Source: an uncultured Planctomycetaceae bacterium
GTDB lineage: Bacteria > Planctomycetota > Planctomycetia > Isosphaerales > Isosphaeraceae
Direction: 5' to 3'
DNA length: 64,000 nt
NCBI GenBank assembly: GCA_963833985.1
Contig: CAWIAD010000002.1
Span: 1,952,001-2,016,000, forward strand
The position numbers were made by a program, and so were the translations under genes. Position 1 is the stretch's first letter, and every line of letters starts with the position of its first letter. Shown here piece after piece: positions 35,544 through 45,327 of the stretch. Under the pieces are notes generated by a model that was not told the origin of the DNA, made no database searches, and saw only the letters and a list, made by a program, of their open reading frames with translations.

Positions 35544-36368
35544 TCACAAAAGCGCCAGTACGCGGCTGGGCCCACCGGTACAGCCGGCGATCTTGGGCGC
35601 CCCGACGAAGATCGTTGCGCCGCCGGCGGGAAGCTGGGCCAGGCCCGCAAGATTCTCCAGGCCCCACTTGCCGTGTCCCAGCCAGAAGTGATGCACCGGA
35701 AAGTCGCTGCTGATGCCCGGATCAAGGCTGATCGTATCCGTGGCGATTCCCTTGATCGTGCGCTCTTCCTGAAGGAACCGCACCGCCTCCACGTGGAAGC
35801 CAGGAAAGTGGAACCCGCCGCGGTGATCCTGGCCGAAGAACCGGCGGGAATCGGCGACCCGGGAATCCCAGCCGCTCTGCATGGCAACCACGGCTCCCGC
35901 GGGAATCGGTCCGTATCGCCGCTCCCAGGCCTTGAGGTCTTCGGTCGTCAGCGCCGCGTCCGCATTCGCCTCGGCGCGGGCGCGGATGTCGACGACCACA
36001 AGCGGCCCGATGAGCTGATCAGCCGGAATGCGGTCGGCGCTGGGGCCTGCCGTGCAGTGCAAGGGCGCATCGATGTGCGTGCCGCTGTGCTCCTGCAAGT
36101 GCCACCGGAAGGCGTTCCACCCCTCCTTTCCCAGCCTGGCGACCGGCTCGAGCCGGAATGGATCCGGCCAGGTCATGGGAAACTCCGCGCTCAGCGTGTG
36201 GGTCAGATCAACGACGCGCTGGTAATCGCGGTGCGGCAGTTCCACACGAGGCGCCGCGGCCACGGGCATGGTAACAGCCGTTGCGCACGCGGCGACGCCG
36301 GCTTGCTTCAAGAAACGCCGCCGGCCGGACATCCCCGCGAGGACGGCAAGACAATCTGGCATGCACAT
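35544..36368 (-). CDS. Cyclase family (kynurenine formamidase-like) protein with Tat signal
   Basis: GRRRFLKQAG, EHSGTHIDAPLH, DTISLD, GLENL, GGPSRV. Confidence 0.9.
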   Translation of the reverse strand: MCMPDCLAVLAGMSGRRRFLKQAGVAACATAVTMPVAAAPRVELPHRDYQRVVDLTHTLSAEFPMTWPDPFRLEPVARLGKEGWNAFRWHLQEHSGTHIDAPLHCTAGPSADRIPADQLIGPLVVVDIRARAEANADAALTTEDLKAWERRYGPIPAGAVVAMQSGWDSRVADSRRFFGQDHRGGFHFPGFHVEAVRFLQEERTIKGIATDTISLDPGISSDFPVHHFWLGHGKWGLENLAGLAQLPAGGATIFVGAPKIAGCTGGPSRVLALL

Positions 36369-36484
36369 GACTTCCATCTCCCATGCGAAAGGGCGGACGG
36401 ACCGATCACCCCGCTCCACCCCGGTCGAGAGCCAATACCGTTGAGAGAGCGTTAACGAAAAGGGGCAAGAGGCTTGCGACAGAC

Positions 36485-36612
36485 TTGTTCCCACGCTCTG
36501 CGTGGGAACACCGGTCGGGACGCTCGGCGTCCCAAGATTTCCCAGCCTCAGCACGGGCCCAATTGACGCAGAGTGTCGCAGACGGCATTCCCACGCGGAG
36601 CGTGGGAACGAG
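36485..36612. repeat. Inverted pair of palindromic REP/MITE-like ends
   Basis: TGTTCCCACGCTCTGCGTGGGAACA and GCATTCCCACGCGGAGCGTGGGAACG. Confidence 0.85.
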
Positions 36613-36694
36613 GGACAAACCTATGCCTGCACTCAACTTGTCGCTATTTCAATTCATTTCAACGGTATTGGGTCTGGAGCGGTTTTCACTCGGA

Positions 36695-37969
36695 TCAGAG
36701 ACTGAGGCCGGGGGGCAAGGGGTCCCAGAGACTCACGTACTCCTCGTCGCTGTCGGGTAGCGTCCAGTGCACGTGGACGCCAGACTTCGCGTCCAGCCAC
36801 CAGGGCGCCAGAGGACGCTGATCGAGCGACGTCCGTTCCGGCTGGTACCCGTGCCGGTTCGCGGCCGGCTCATGCGGTTTGACGGCGGCGGCGATCTTTT
36901 TCAACTGCTGGTAGCCGAACTCCTTGATCAACCCCGTGCGTGGATCGATGGGCCAGTCGAGCGTACACACGCCACCCTGGCCGTTGCAGGTCTTGATCCA
37001 GTCGATCAGCTCTTGATCGGGGAACTGGTTGGAATTGCCCTGGCCGTGGTAGACGTTGCCACAATAGATCTTGCCGTGCCACAGGATGCCGCCTTGCACG
37101 GGCCGATGGCGCGGTGTCAGCCGGGACAGTTGCTGCTTGCTCCAGGTGTCGCCTCCGTTGAAATCGTCAATCCCCGGCTTGAGGCAGGCTTGCTCGTTGC
37201 CCCCGTAGCTGAAGGCGATCACCGCCCGGGGATTGGCGCGATGGACGATGGTATCGATGAGTGACCAGTCATGGGGCTTACCGTTGTAGGAGTCAGGCTG
37301 CATGCCGTCGAACCACCAGCCGGCCACCTTGCTCTGGTAGCGGTCGGCGTATTCCTGGAGGATCTCGAGCCGGCGCCTGCGGCTCTCGGCGGAGGGCGCG
37401 GTGTCCCAGTCGCCGTCGTCTGCCAGCCCGGCGGTGACCTTCGGCTCCTTCATGTAGCCATTCAGGCCCGCGAAGTAGCAGATCAGCTTCACGCCGCGGG
37501 CATTCAGGGCGTCGGCGAGCTCCCGGATCAGGTCTCTGCGGGAGCACTTCGCGCCGGGAGCGTAGCCGGTGTACCTGTCAAAGGCCGCGTTCGGGGCACA
37601 CGGCCAGGCGAAGTAGTGATCGTCGATGCAGAAGATCACCCACCCCGCGCGGGCCTGCGCGGCCTGGTCCGCAAAACCCGGGACGTCAAAATCATCCACG
37701 AACCGGTTCCACCCGCCGGCCGTCATCTCGGCCGGTTCGGGGAACGCGGGACGGGTGGCGACGGAGCGGCCCAGGAGGATCCGGTACTGGTAATGGACGA
37801 AGAGCCCGTACTTGCCCTTGACCATCCAGGCAGTGTCGTCACCCCCAGCGCGGGCGTGACCTGAAAGCCAGACAAGCGCGAGCACCGCCAGCAAGCCGGC
37901 CCGCCCGATCGTCTGGCAGCGCGCGCGGCTTGCCAGCGGGATCTGTCTTCCGCCATCAGGCTCAGGCAT
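36695..37969 (-). CDS. Secreted alpha-L-fucosidase-like (GH29-like) glycoside hydrolase
   Basis: KYGLFVHY, RRDLIRELADAL, VAGWWFDG motifs; signal peptide. Confidence 0.72.
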   Translation of the reverse strand: MPEPDGGRQIPLASRARCQTIGRAGLLAVLALVWLSGHARAGGDDTAWMVKGKYGLFVHYQYRILLGRSVATRPAFPEPAEMTAGGWNRFVDDFDVPGFADQAAQARAGWVIFCIDDHYFAWPCAPNAAFDRYTGYAPGAKCSRRDLIRELADALNARGVKLICYFAGLNGYMKEPKVTAGLADDGDWDTAPSAESRRRRLEILQEYADRYQSKVAGWWFDGMQPDSYNGKPHDWSLIDTIVHRANPRAVIAFSYGGNEQACLKPGIDDFNGGDTWSKQQLSRLTPRHRPVQGGILWHGKIYCGNVYHGQGNSNQFPDQELIDWIKTCNGQGGVCTLDWPIDPRTGLIKEFGYQQLKKIAAAVKPHEPAANRHGYQPERTSLDQRPLAPWWLDAKSGVHVHWTLPDSDEEYVSLWDPLPPGLSL

Positions 37970-38015
37970 CCTGGTCCGCTCCCTCTCTTCGTCCCACCGT
38001 CCGGCGCCCGGACCG

Positions 38016-39404
38016 TTAGTGCGGACTGATCTCGAGAATCATGGGGTGGTCGCTGAGCGTCAGATCGACCGAGTCCACGTTGCGCAGCACCGAGGTGGCG
38101 GACGTGTCCAGCGTGGGATCAAAAACCTTGACAGTAGGGTGAACGCCGCCCAGCTTGACTTTTACCCGGTCCGAGCCTTTGAGCCGTTCTCCCCAGACGA
38201 TGAGCTCGAAGTGGCCGTTGCTCTTCTGGAGCAGGAGGTCATGCACCGTCGCCGGCCTGGCGGGAATCTCGTAGGCGAGCTTGCCCGGCTCATGAGCCGC
38301 GTTCCGGTCCGCGAGGATGGAGGTGAGACGATGCAGGTATACCGCGGCCTTGCGCGGGGTGTAGTTCGGCTTGAAGAACCCGAACTTCTGGTTGCCGCCC
38401 TCGTCCTCACGGTCACGCAGCAGGTACACCGCTGTGTGCTTCCAGCCGCGCGCGAACTGGGCGAGATAGAGGTTCATCAGGTTCAGCGCGTGGATCTCCT
38501 CGGTGACGGGTCCGTCGATGGTGCATCCGGTTTCGGTGGTGACCCGCGGCAGCGTGAGCAGCGCTTTTTCCGAATAGCCGCGGAAGTGCTGTGCCCAGGT
38601 GACGCCATAGTTGCCGAAAAGGCCGTCGACCCTGCACGCCGCGGTCGGCTCGGCCGCGTTCCAGGATTTGTTGTCCTCGATCCCGGAGGAATTGGGATGA
38701 TAAATGTAGTTATGCACGTTGGCGAAGTCGGCATAGGTCGTCCCGGGGGGCATCTTCGTGCCGGAGCCCGGGGGAATGGTCAGGAACTGCAAGCCAACGT
38801 TGTCGCGCTGTGCGCCCCCCTCGCTGATGGACCAGACGGGGTACGCTTTCAGGATCGGATCGCTCTTCACGGCCCGGTACAGGTCGTGCTGAAGCTTCGC
38901 GACGGCCATCCAGGAGGGGGCGGAGCCTCCGCCCTTCTCGCCCTGGTATGTGACGCCCCAGTTGTTCGGCTCGTTGTTCCCCTCGAAGGCCAGCAGGGCC
39001 CCCGCGCTGGCGAGCTGCCGTGCGGTGGTGATGAGCTTCTCCAGGTCGGTTCCGCCGCTGACCAGTCCCCAGCTGAACCGGACGCCGGTCTGACGATGCA
39101 GTTGCAAGTAGGTCCCGATGGTGGTGGGGCCCTGGGCGGAGAGCCCCTCGATGCCGCCCCGCACCCAGCGGAACCCCGTGTATTTGAGCATCTCGATGGT
39201 CCGCGGCAGGGGCTGCCCGCGGTCGGGAAACGTCGAGTTCACACCGATGCTGTTCAGGAACTCGGCCACGGGAACCGCGATCGTGGCGCCGGCTTGCTTG
39301 CGGCGTGCTGATGCCGAGGCAGGCTGGCCCCATGCCGGGCTGGCCGCCAACATCGCGAGGGCGAGCGCCGGCGTCAACAAGCGCGTCGCATGGACGATCT
39401 TCAT
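38016..39404 (-). CDS. Secreted clan GH-A-like glycoside hydrolase
   Basis: FEGNNEPNN acid/base, ANVHNY, VTTETG nucleophile-like motifs. Confidence 0.72.
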   Translation of the reverse strand: MKIVHATRLLTPALALAMLAASPAWGQPASASARRKQAGATIAVPVAEFLNSIGVNSTFPDRGQPLPRTIEMLKYTGFRWVRGGIEGLSAQGPTTIGTYLQLHRQTGVRFSWGLVSGGTDLEKLITTARQLASAGALLAFEGNNEPNNWGVTYQGEKGGGSAPSWMAVAKLQHDLYRAVKSDPILKAYPVWSISEGGAQRDNVGLQFLTIPPGSGTKMPPGTTYADFANVHNYIYHPNSSGIEDNKSWNAAEPTAACRVDGLFGNYGVTWAQHFRGYSEKALLTLPRVTTETGCTIDGPVTEEIHALNLMNLYLAQFARGWKHTAVYLLRDREDEGGNQKFGFFKPNYTPRKAAVYLHRLTSILADRNAAHEPGKLAYEIPARPATVHDLLLQKSNGHFELIVWGERLKGSDRVKVKLGGVHPTVKVFDPTLDTSATSVLRNVDSVDLTLSDHPMILEISPH

Positions 39405-39405
39405 C

Positions 39406-42400
39406 TCAATTCATTCTCCATAAGTGAACATAGCGGCTCTCCGCCCAGCCATGACCGAGGATGCCAAACCTGGCGGGAGAGAGCTCGATGACCCTGGCGC
39501 CGTCATGCTGCTCGAACCTATCGTCCAGCAAGAAGCGAGTCCAGGCGGTACCCCTGGGGTCCGCCAGCTTGTAAACGAAGAGCCGGCACCGGCTGTGATA
39601 GGGATTGAACGGATCATGCTCGCCCGCGACGATCTCCGGCTTGCCGTCGCCATCGAGGTCCGCGACCGAGAGCGAGTGCGGGCAGTGGATGCGATCAACC
39701 ACGTGTGGCACGAACGGCTTGTGCCGCGGGTCGCCGGTGTTCTCCAGCCAGGCCACGCGGGCGAAGTAGATTTGCCGGGTGTTCCAGTTGCCGTCTTCCT
39801 CGCCCAGGACGATGTCTTTCCTGCCATCGCCGTTGATGTCGGCGAGGGCCATGCGCGCCACCTTGGTGTAGCCATCGACAAGCAGGTGCGGCAGGAACTT
39901 GCCGTTGCCCAGGTTCTCCAGCCAGTAGGGCCCGGCGACCACGTCCAGCTTGCCGTCGCCGTCCAGATCGTACGGCACCATCTCCTCGCCGTAAGGAATC
40001 TCGGCGAGCACGCGGCGCTTCCAGGGACCCGCGGCCGGGTCTTCGGGAATCTCGAAGATCTCGGGATGGGTCCGGTCGTGATAACCGGCGACGAGCGCAC
40101 GCCTGCCGCCGGGCAAGAGCGCCCCGATGGCCGTGCCGTGCGGCCAGTCGCCGCTCCCCTTGCCTATGCGGTGCAGTTGCCAGCGGTCGTGCGCAGGATC
40201 GACGGCCTTCAGCCAGCACAGCTCACTGGAAAGTGCTTCGTAAAACTCCCTGGCACCCGGCGTGCCCACGAGCCCGATCAATTCCTTGCGGCCGTCGCCG
40301 TCCAGGTCATGGGCGTTCACGATCTGGACGACTCCGGGAACCTGGTGCCGTTGCCAGGACGGGCTCTTGTACCACCAGGCGCCGCAGACCACGTCGGGAG
40401 AACCATCGCCGTCGACATCGACCCACAGGATGTCCGTTGCGGTTGTCGGCTTCTGCTGGTCGATGAACTCGTGGCGAAACTTGGGAATCGGCGATGCCCC
40501 CTCGCGCTGCTTGTACACCTGGACCCAGCCGATGCAGTCGGGGTATTTGGAGTTGATGACCTGGCCGGCGTGGCCGACGATCTCCGGCACGCCATCGCCG
40601 TCCAGGTCGGCCACGACCGCCTCGTGCGTCCCCTCTCCCTGGTAGAGCAGTTCACGCCGCACGGACTTGCCCTGGTCGCCCAGGACGTATCGGAAGAGCC
40701 GGGCATCGTAGTTGTAGGGCTGTTCCCAGCCTCCCTCGGTCATCTCTCCCACGAACACGTTCGCCTCGTGCGTTCGGGGATCGCGCCAGGCGCGGAGCGA
40801 ATGTGCGAAGATCAGGTCATGGTCGATCGGGTGCTCGACCCAGGGATGCTGCGGATTGATTCCCACCTGGTTCTCGAACCATGAGAAGTGGCCGTCGCGG
40901 TACTCGGACTCGGCAATCACGGCGTCGAGCCGGCCGTCGCCGTTGACGTCCAGGAGCGCGGCGCGGCAAAAGTCCCGGAAACCAGGAGCAAGGCTGTGCT
41001 GCTGCCAGATCGCTCCGGAGAGCGGACCGGAGGCCGGCGGCGAGAACCAGTAGGGCCCGGAAACAAGATCCATCCGCCCGCTGGCCTCGAGCGCTCCGGC
41101 GGTCGTCCCCTCGACGTTAAGCCCCCGCTGGACGACCTGTTTCTTCCACGGCTTCGTCAGATCGCCGGTTGGCTTGTACACGAAGAGCGCCGGGGTCGAG
41201 CAGTACTGCGAGTTGGAGACCACCTCGGCCTTGCCGTCACCGTCCACGTCGGCCACGATGACGTCGTGCGGCCCACCGCCGTTGGGGTCCATGAGCGGAT
41301 CGATCGTGTGCTCGACGAAGGGCTGATTCAGGTCCCTGGCCGGTTTGTACCAGCAGAGGGTCCAGCGCTCGGGACCAGGACCGCGCAGGCTGTGGCCCGC
41401 GATCACCTCCAGCGTGCCGTCGCCATCCAGGTCCAGCAGTGCGGCCCCGCAGTGGAAGTGGCCGCGGCCGACCACGCCTTTCTCGAACGTGGACGGGCGG
41501 TACCAGTACATTCCCCCGACGGCGCCGATGACGACCTCCTCCCTGCCGTCACCGTCGATATCGCCGACGGCCGTGCTACCCGTTTCCTTGCCGTCGCCGG
41601 GCACCGGATCCAGCAGCAGGAGATCCCAGGAGCGCGATGGCTTGAAGGGCTCCGCGTCCGCCGTGTGCTGGCCGGGCCCCTGGTTCAGCCAGATGTCCAG
41701 CCGTGGCGTTTCCCAGTTGTACGGCTTGCTGAGGATATCGAGCCGGCCGTCGGCGTTCAGGTCGGCGACGCGCGCCTCGTGGAACTCCATGCCTGTCTGG
41801 AAGATCGTGTTGTGAAAGTGCCCTGCGCCGTCGCCGTAGCAGAGGAATGCCTGGGCCTTCGGATTGTCGGGATCCTTCCGCTCCTCGGTCCACTTCGCCA
41901 TCTCGGCGACGAAGATGTCGAGATGTCCGTCGCCGTCAACGTCGCCGACCTGGAGCGAATGAGGATGGATGAGCGTGCGTCCGATCAGGTCGTGCCCCTG
42001 CCAGCTTGCTGTCTGGAACGGATCACCCTGGCAGTCGTACCACTTCACCGGCCCGGACCCATCGCCGGGCGCGATCACCACCTGCGGGACCTTTGCCCCC
42101 TGCTTGAACCGGCCGGCGAAGATCAGGCCGCCGATATCGCCGATCCGGGTGGCGCGCCATTTGCCGGTCTTATCGAATGAGAACATGTGATTGCCTGCAA
42201 GGATCTCGGGCCGGCCGTCGCCATCGATGTCGCAGCTCGACATGCCCTCGGCGTACTTGCCCGCTCCCTCACCGGCGTTGCCGGAGAAGACGCGCTCGAG
42301 CGGCCACTCGGAGAGGTCGGACGGATGCGCCGGGATGTCGGCAACAAAGAGCGTGCTGGCTCCCTGGTTCCAGAACGCAAGCTGCGGCTTGCCCCGACCC

Positions 42401-42888
42401 TTGAAATCGGCAAAGCACTGGTCGTGGTGCTGCGTCTTGCCGGACTTCTTGATCGTGTGCCGCTCCCAGCGCGCGGCGGACTGCCAGTCCTTGCCCGGAT
42501 TGCGCCACCACCACACGCAGTTGCTCTGCCAGTCGCCGCCGAAGACGAGGTCGGGCCAGCCGTCGCCATCAATGTCGGTGGACGCTCCGCCCGCCTCGAC
42601 CGTGAGGAAATCGGGCTCGATGACCAGGCGCTCCCAGCCCTTGGCCGCCGGGCGATACCACACCAGCGCGGGGCCGATCTTGCGAAACCCGAGCACGAAC
42701 CCGTTACGGCCGCCATGGTCCAGGTCGGCGACCAGGCAGGCCGTCTGCTGGGTCGAGGTGCCGGGGCTGGCCAGGTCGCCATTCTTGCTCGAGAGATGCC
42801 GCCAGGACGGTTCGGCGGCGTCGATCGGGGAACCTCGGCCCGCGAGCAGCAGCAGGATGGCAAAGGGCACAAGCCGATGAGCTTTCAT
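39406..42888 (-). CDS. Large secreted FG-GAP/VCBS repeat protein (~1160 aa, about three propeller modules)
   Basis: MKAHRLVPFAILLLLAG signal after GGAG; many DxDGDG repeats. The upstream part of the 1584-aa ORF is off-frame overlap with the MFS gene. Confidence 0.85.
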   Translation of the reverse strand: MKAHRLVPFAILLLLAGRGSPIDAAEPSWRHLSSKNGDLASPGTSTQQTACLVADLDHGGRNGFVLGFRKIGPALVWYRPAAKGWERLVIEPDFLTVEAGGASTDIDGDGWPDLVFGGDWQSNCVWWWRNPGKDWQSAARWERHTIKKSGKTQHHDQCFADFKGRGKPQLAFWNQGASTLFVADIPAHPSDLSEWPLERVFSGNAGEGAGKYAEGMSSCDIDGDGRPEILAGNHMFSFDKTGKWRATRIGDIGGLIFAGRFKQGAKVPQVVIAPGDGSGPVKWYDCQGDPFQTASWQGHDLIGRTLIHPHSLQVGDVDGDGHLDIFVAEMAKWTEERKDPDNPKAQAFLCYGDGAGHFHNTIFQTGMEFHEARVADLNADGRLDILSKPYNWETPRLDIWLNQGPGQHTADAEPFKPSRSWDLLLLDPVPGDGKETGSTAVGDIDGDGREEVVIGAVGGMYWYRPSTFEKGVVGRGHFHCGAALLDLDGDGTLEVIAGHSLRGPGPERWTLCWYKPARDLNQPFVEHTIDPLMDPNGGGPHDVIVADVDGDGKAEVVSNSQYCSTPALFVYKPTGDLTKPWKKQVVQRGLNVEGTTAGALEASGRMDLVSGPYWFSPPASGPLSGAIWQQHSLAPGFRDFCRAALLDVNGDGRLDAVIAESEYRDGHFSWFENQVGINPQHPWVEHPIDHDLIFAHSLRAWRDPRTHEANVFVGEMTEGGWEQPYNYDARLFRYVLGDQGKSVRRELLYQGEGTHEAVVADLDGDGVPEIVGHAGQVINSKYPDCIGWVQVYKQREGASPIPKFRHEFIDQQKPTTATDILWVDVDGDGSPDVVCGAWWYKSPSWQRHQVPGVVQIVNAHDLDGDGRKELIGLVGTPGAREFYEALSSELCWLKAVDPAHDRWQLHRIGKGSGDWPHGTAIGALLPGGRRALVAGYHDRTHPEIFEIPEDPAAGPWKRRVLAEIPYGEEMVPYDLDGDGKLDVVAGPYWLENLGNGKFLPHLLVDGYTKVARMALADINGDGRKDIVLGEEDGNWNTRQIYFARVAWLENTGDPRHKPFVPHVVDRIHCPHSLSVADLDGDGKPEIVAGEHDPFNPYHSRCRLFVYKLADPRGTAWTRFLLDDRFEQHDGARVIELSPARFGILGHGWAESRYVHLWRMN

Positions 42889-42932
42889 GATGTTCTCCCT
42901 TGGTTGGTGCCGGCTCCTGACCGGCAGGTGCG

Positions 42933-44153
42933 TCAGGAAATCAGGGTCGGGTGTTCGGCTTGCCTGGGCGCTGTGGATCCCCGGCCCGAACGGCGCGCTC
43001 TGCCCATCAACAGAGAGAGGCCGCACAGAAGCAATGCGATCCCCGCGGCAATCAGCAAGCTTTTTTGCACGCCCAGGCTGACGGAAAGCGTGCCGATCAT
43101 CTTCGGAAAGAGCGTCGGCCCGAGCAGCCCGAGGGCGAAGATGATGCCGAAGACGCTGCCGTACTCGCCCGGCTCGTACTGTGCGAAGGTCACGCCCACG
43201 ATGGTCGGGAACATGGGCGCCAGGGCAAGGCCCGTGACCAGCACCGCGAGCACGGCGATGGAGGGGCTCCGCGTGCACGCCATGACCACGATGGCAGCCG
43301 CGGTCACAAGAGCAAGGATCGCGATCAGCCGTGTGCCGATCGCCGACAGGTTCCTGATCAAGGAGGTCACAAAACGGCCGGCGGCCATGGCCATCCCGAA
43401 AAAGCTGAGCACCCAGGTTGCGGCCCGCACGCTCTGGGCGTTCTGGCCGCCACCGTACATCTCGACCATGTACGGCTTGATCCAGGTATTCATGGAAATC
43501 TCCAGCGCGATGTAGCAGAGCAGGGCCAGCCCCGCCGCCAGCACCGGCGCTTCCCGCAGCAGGCGGAGAGCCGTGGCCACCTGGTATCCGGTCGCCACGG
43601 CAGGGTAGGTCGCGACCGTCGCCACGCAGGCGAACACCAGGACCAGCCCCGCCATCAGCATCAGCGCGAAGGTGAAGCTGAGCCCAAGGTCCCGGAGCAT
43701 CGCGCCCAGCGCCAGCGGCGTGAGCACGAAGGCCAGGCCGACGAAACCGTTGCCGAAGTTGCTGGCCCGAGCGGGGTCCTTGCCGCCGAAGAGCACCATC
43801 GGAATCAGCGTGTTGCCCACCGTGTTCACGCACATGGCGCCCACGCCCAGCAGGCCGCACGCCAGCAGTGCCATGCCGAAGCTGCCGGCGAGAGCCAGAA
43901 GGAAGAGTGCGGCGCTGGTGGCCAGAAAACCGGCGATCGCCATCGTCTTGTGCCCCAGCCGGTCCACGAGCAGGCCGACGAAGAGCTGCACGGCCAGGCT
44001 GGTGAGGAAAAGCGCCGTGGTCAGGCTGCCCACCTGGGAGTTGTCGATACCGAGCCTGGCCTTGAGCTCCTCGGACAGGGCGCCGATGAGGATGAAGCAG
44101 ATGGCCAGCGTGAAAACCGCCATCAGGGCCACAAAACCCGCGAGCGTTTTCAT
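42933..44153 (-). CDS. MFS transporter
   Basis: GLLVDRLGHK motif A; ~12 TM segments. Confidence 0.9.
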   Translation of the reverse strand: MKTLAGFVALMAVFTLAICFILIGALSEELKARLGIDNSQVGSLTTALFLTSLAVQLFVGLLVDRLGHKTMAIAGFLATSAALFLLALAGSFGMALLACGLLGVGAMCVNTVGNTLIPMVLFGGKDPARASNFGNGFVGLAFVLTPLALGAMLRDLGLSFTFALMLMAGLVLVFACVATVATYPAVATGYQVATALRLLREAPVLAAGLALLCYIALEISMNTWIKPYMVEMYGGGQNAQSVRAATWVLSFFGMAMAAGRFVTSLIRNLSAIGTRLIAILALVTAAAIVVMACTRSPSIAVLAVLVTGLALAPMFPTIVGVTFAQYEPGEYGSVFGIIFALGLLGPTLFPKMIGTLSVSLGVQKSLLIAAGIALLLCGLSLLMGRARRSGRGSTAPRQAEHPTLIS

Positions 44154-44163
44154 GAGCCACCTC

Positions 44164-45327
44164 TCAAAGCGACACCCAGACCGATCCCATGTCGCACGAT
44201 GCCACCCCCTGGGAGACGAACTCGAGTCCGCGCAGGCCGTCATGGACCGAGGGAAAGTCGTACTCCGAAATCGCCAGGGGACGACCTTCCAGGTGCCTGC
44301 GGACGGCGTCGACGAAACCGCAATAAATCGTGGCGAAGGCCTCGATGTATCCCTCGGGGTGACCCGAGGGCAACCGGGTCGACGCCGTGGCCGCGGGGGC
44401 GAGATACTCAGCGTGGCCGCGCGTCAGCACCTGCCTGGGCTGGCCGTACCGGAAGACGCCCAGGCAGTTCGGGTTCTCCTGCTCCCAGAGCAGGGCGGCC
44501 TGTGAGCCGTAGACCCTGAGCCGCAGGTTGTTCTCCTCGCCCGTGGCGATCTGCGAGACCGTGAGCACCCCCCGGCCCCCTCCCTTGAGCCGGAACAGCA
44601 GGTTCGCGTCTTCCTCGAGCTGCCTGTCCGGAAGGAACGTGGACCGATCGGCGGAGAGCTCCGAGATGCGGTCGCCCGTCACATATTCAAGCAAGTTGAC
44701 GCAGTGCACACCGGCCTCGCCGAGCGTGCCCGCAATGCCCACCTGCGCGGGGTCAACGCGCCACATGGCCTGCTTCTGGCCGTGCTTCTCGTGGGGAAAG
44801 GCCAGGAAGTCTTGCAGGTACTCGACGATCACCTTGCGTATGGCGCCCACCTGCCCGCTGCGGCAAAGCTGGCGCGCGTGGCGCACCAGCGGATGCCCGG
44901 TGTAATTATGTGTGAGCGCCAGGACCAGACCGGATCGCTCCACCAGTTGCACGAGTGCCCTGGCCTCGTCGAGAGCGTAGGCGAGCGGCTTGTCGCAGAC
45001 GACGTGGAAGCCCGCTTCCAGGAACGTCCGGGCGATCGGGAAGTGCGAGACCGTGGGCGTGACGATGGTCGCGAAATCGATCCGGCGGCTGGCCGGCAGC
45101 TGGAACTCGCGCGACGCCATCTGCTCGTACGAATCATAACACCGTTCGGGGTCAAGATAGAGCTGGCGGCCGGTTTCCCTGGTGTTGGCCGGATCGCGCG
45201 AGAAGCATCCGGCGACCAGCTCGATCTGCTGATCGAGAGCGGCCGCCATGCGATGCACTGCGCCGATGAAGGCCCCCTGGCCGCCGCCGACCATGCCCAT
45301 GCGCAGCTTGCGTTTCCAGGAGTTCAT
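44164..45327 (-). CDS. Gfo/Idh/MocA family oxidoreductase
   Basis: MGMVGGGQGAFIGAVHR, HVVCDKP, HNYTG, GHPEGY. Confidence 0.93.
   Translation of the reverse strand: MNSWKRKLRMGMVGGGQGAFIGAVHRMAAALDQQIELVAGCFSRDPANTRETGRQLYLDPERCYDSYEQMASREFQLPASRRIDFATIVTPTVSHFPIARTFLEAGFHVVCDKPLAYALDEARALVQLVERSGLVLALTHNYTGHPLVRHARQLCRSGQVGAIRKVIVEYLQDFLAFPHEKHGQKQAMWRVDPAQVGIAGTLGEAGVHCVNLLEYVTGDRISELSADRSTFLPDRQLEEDANLLFRLKGGGRGVLTVSQIATGEENNLRLRVYGSQAALLWEQENPNCLGVFRYGQPRQVLTRGHAEYLAPAATASTRLPSGHPEGYIEAFATIYCGFVDAVRRHLEGRPLAISEYDFPSVHDGLRGLEFVSQGVASCDMGSVWVSL

Noticed and set aside
42889..44160. N-terminal 420 aa of the 1584-aa ORF
   Set aside because: Off-frame overlap with the MFS gene; the real start with RBS and signal peptide is at 42888
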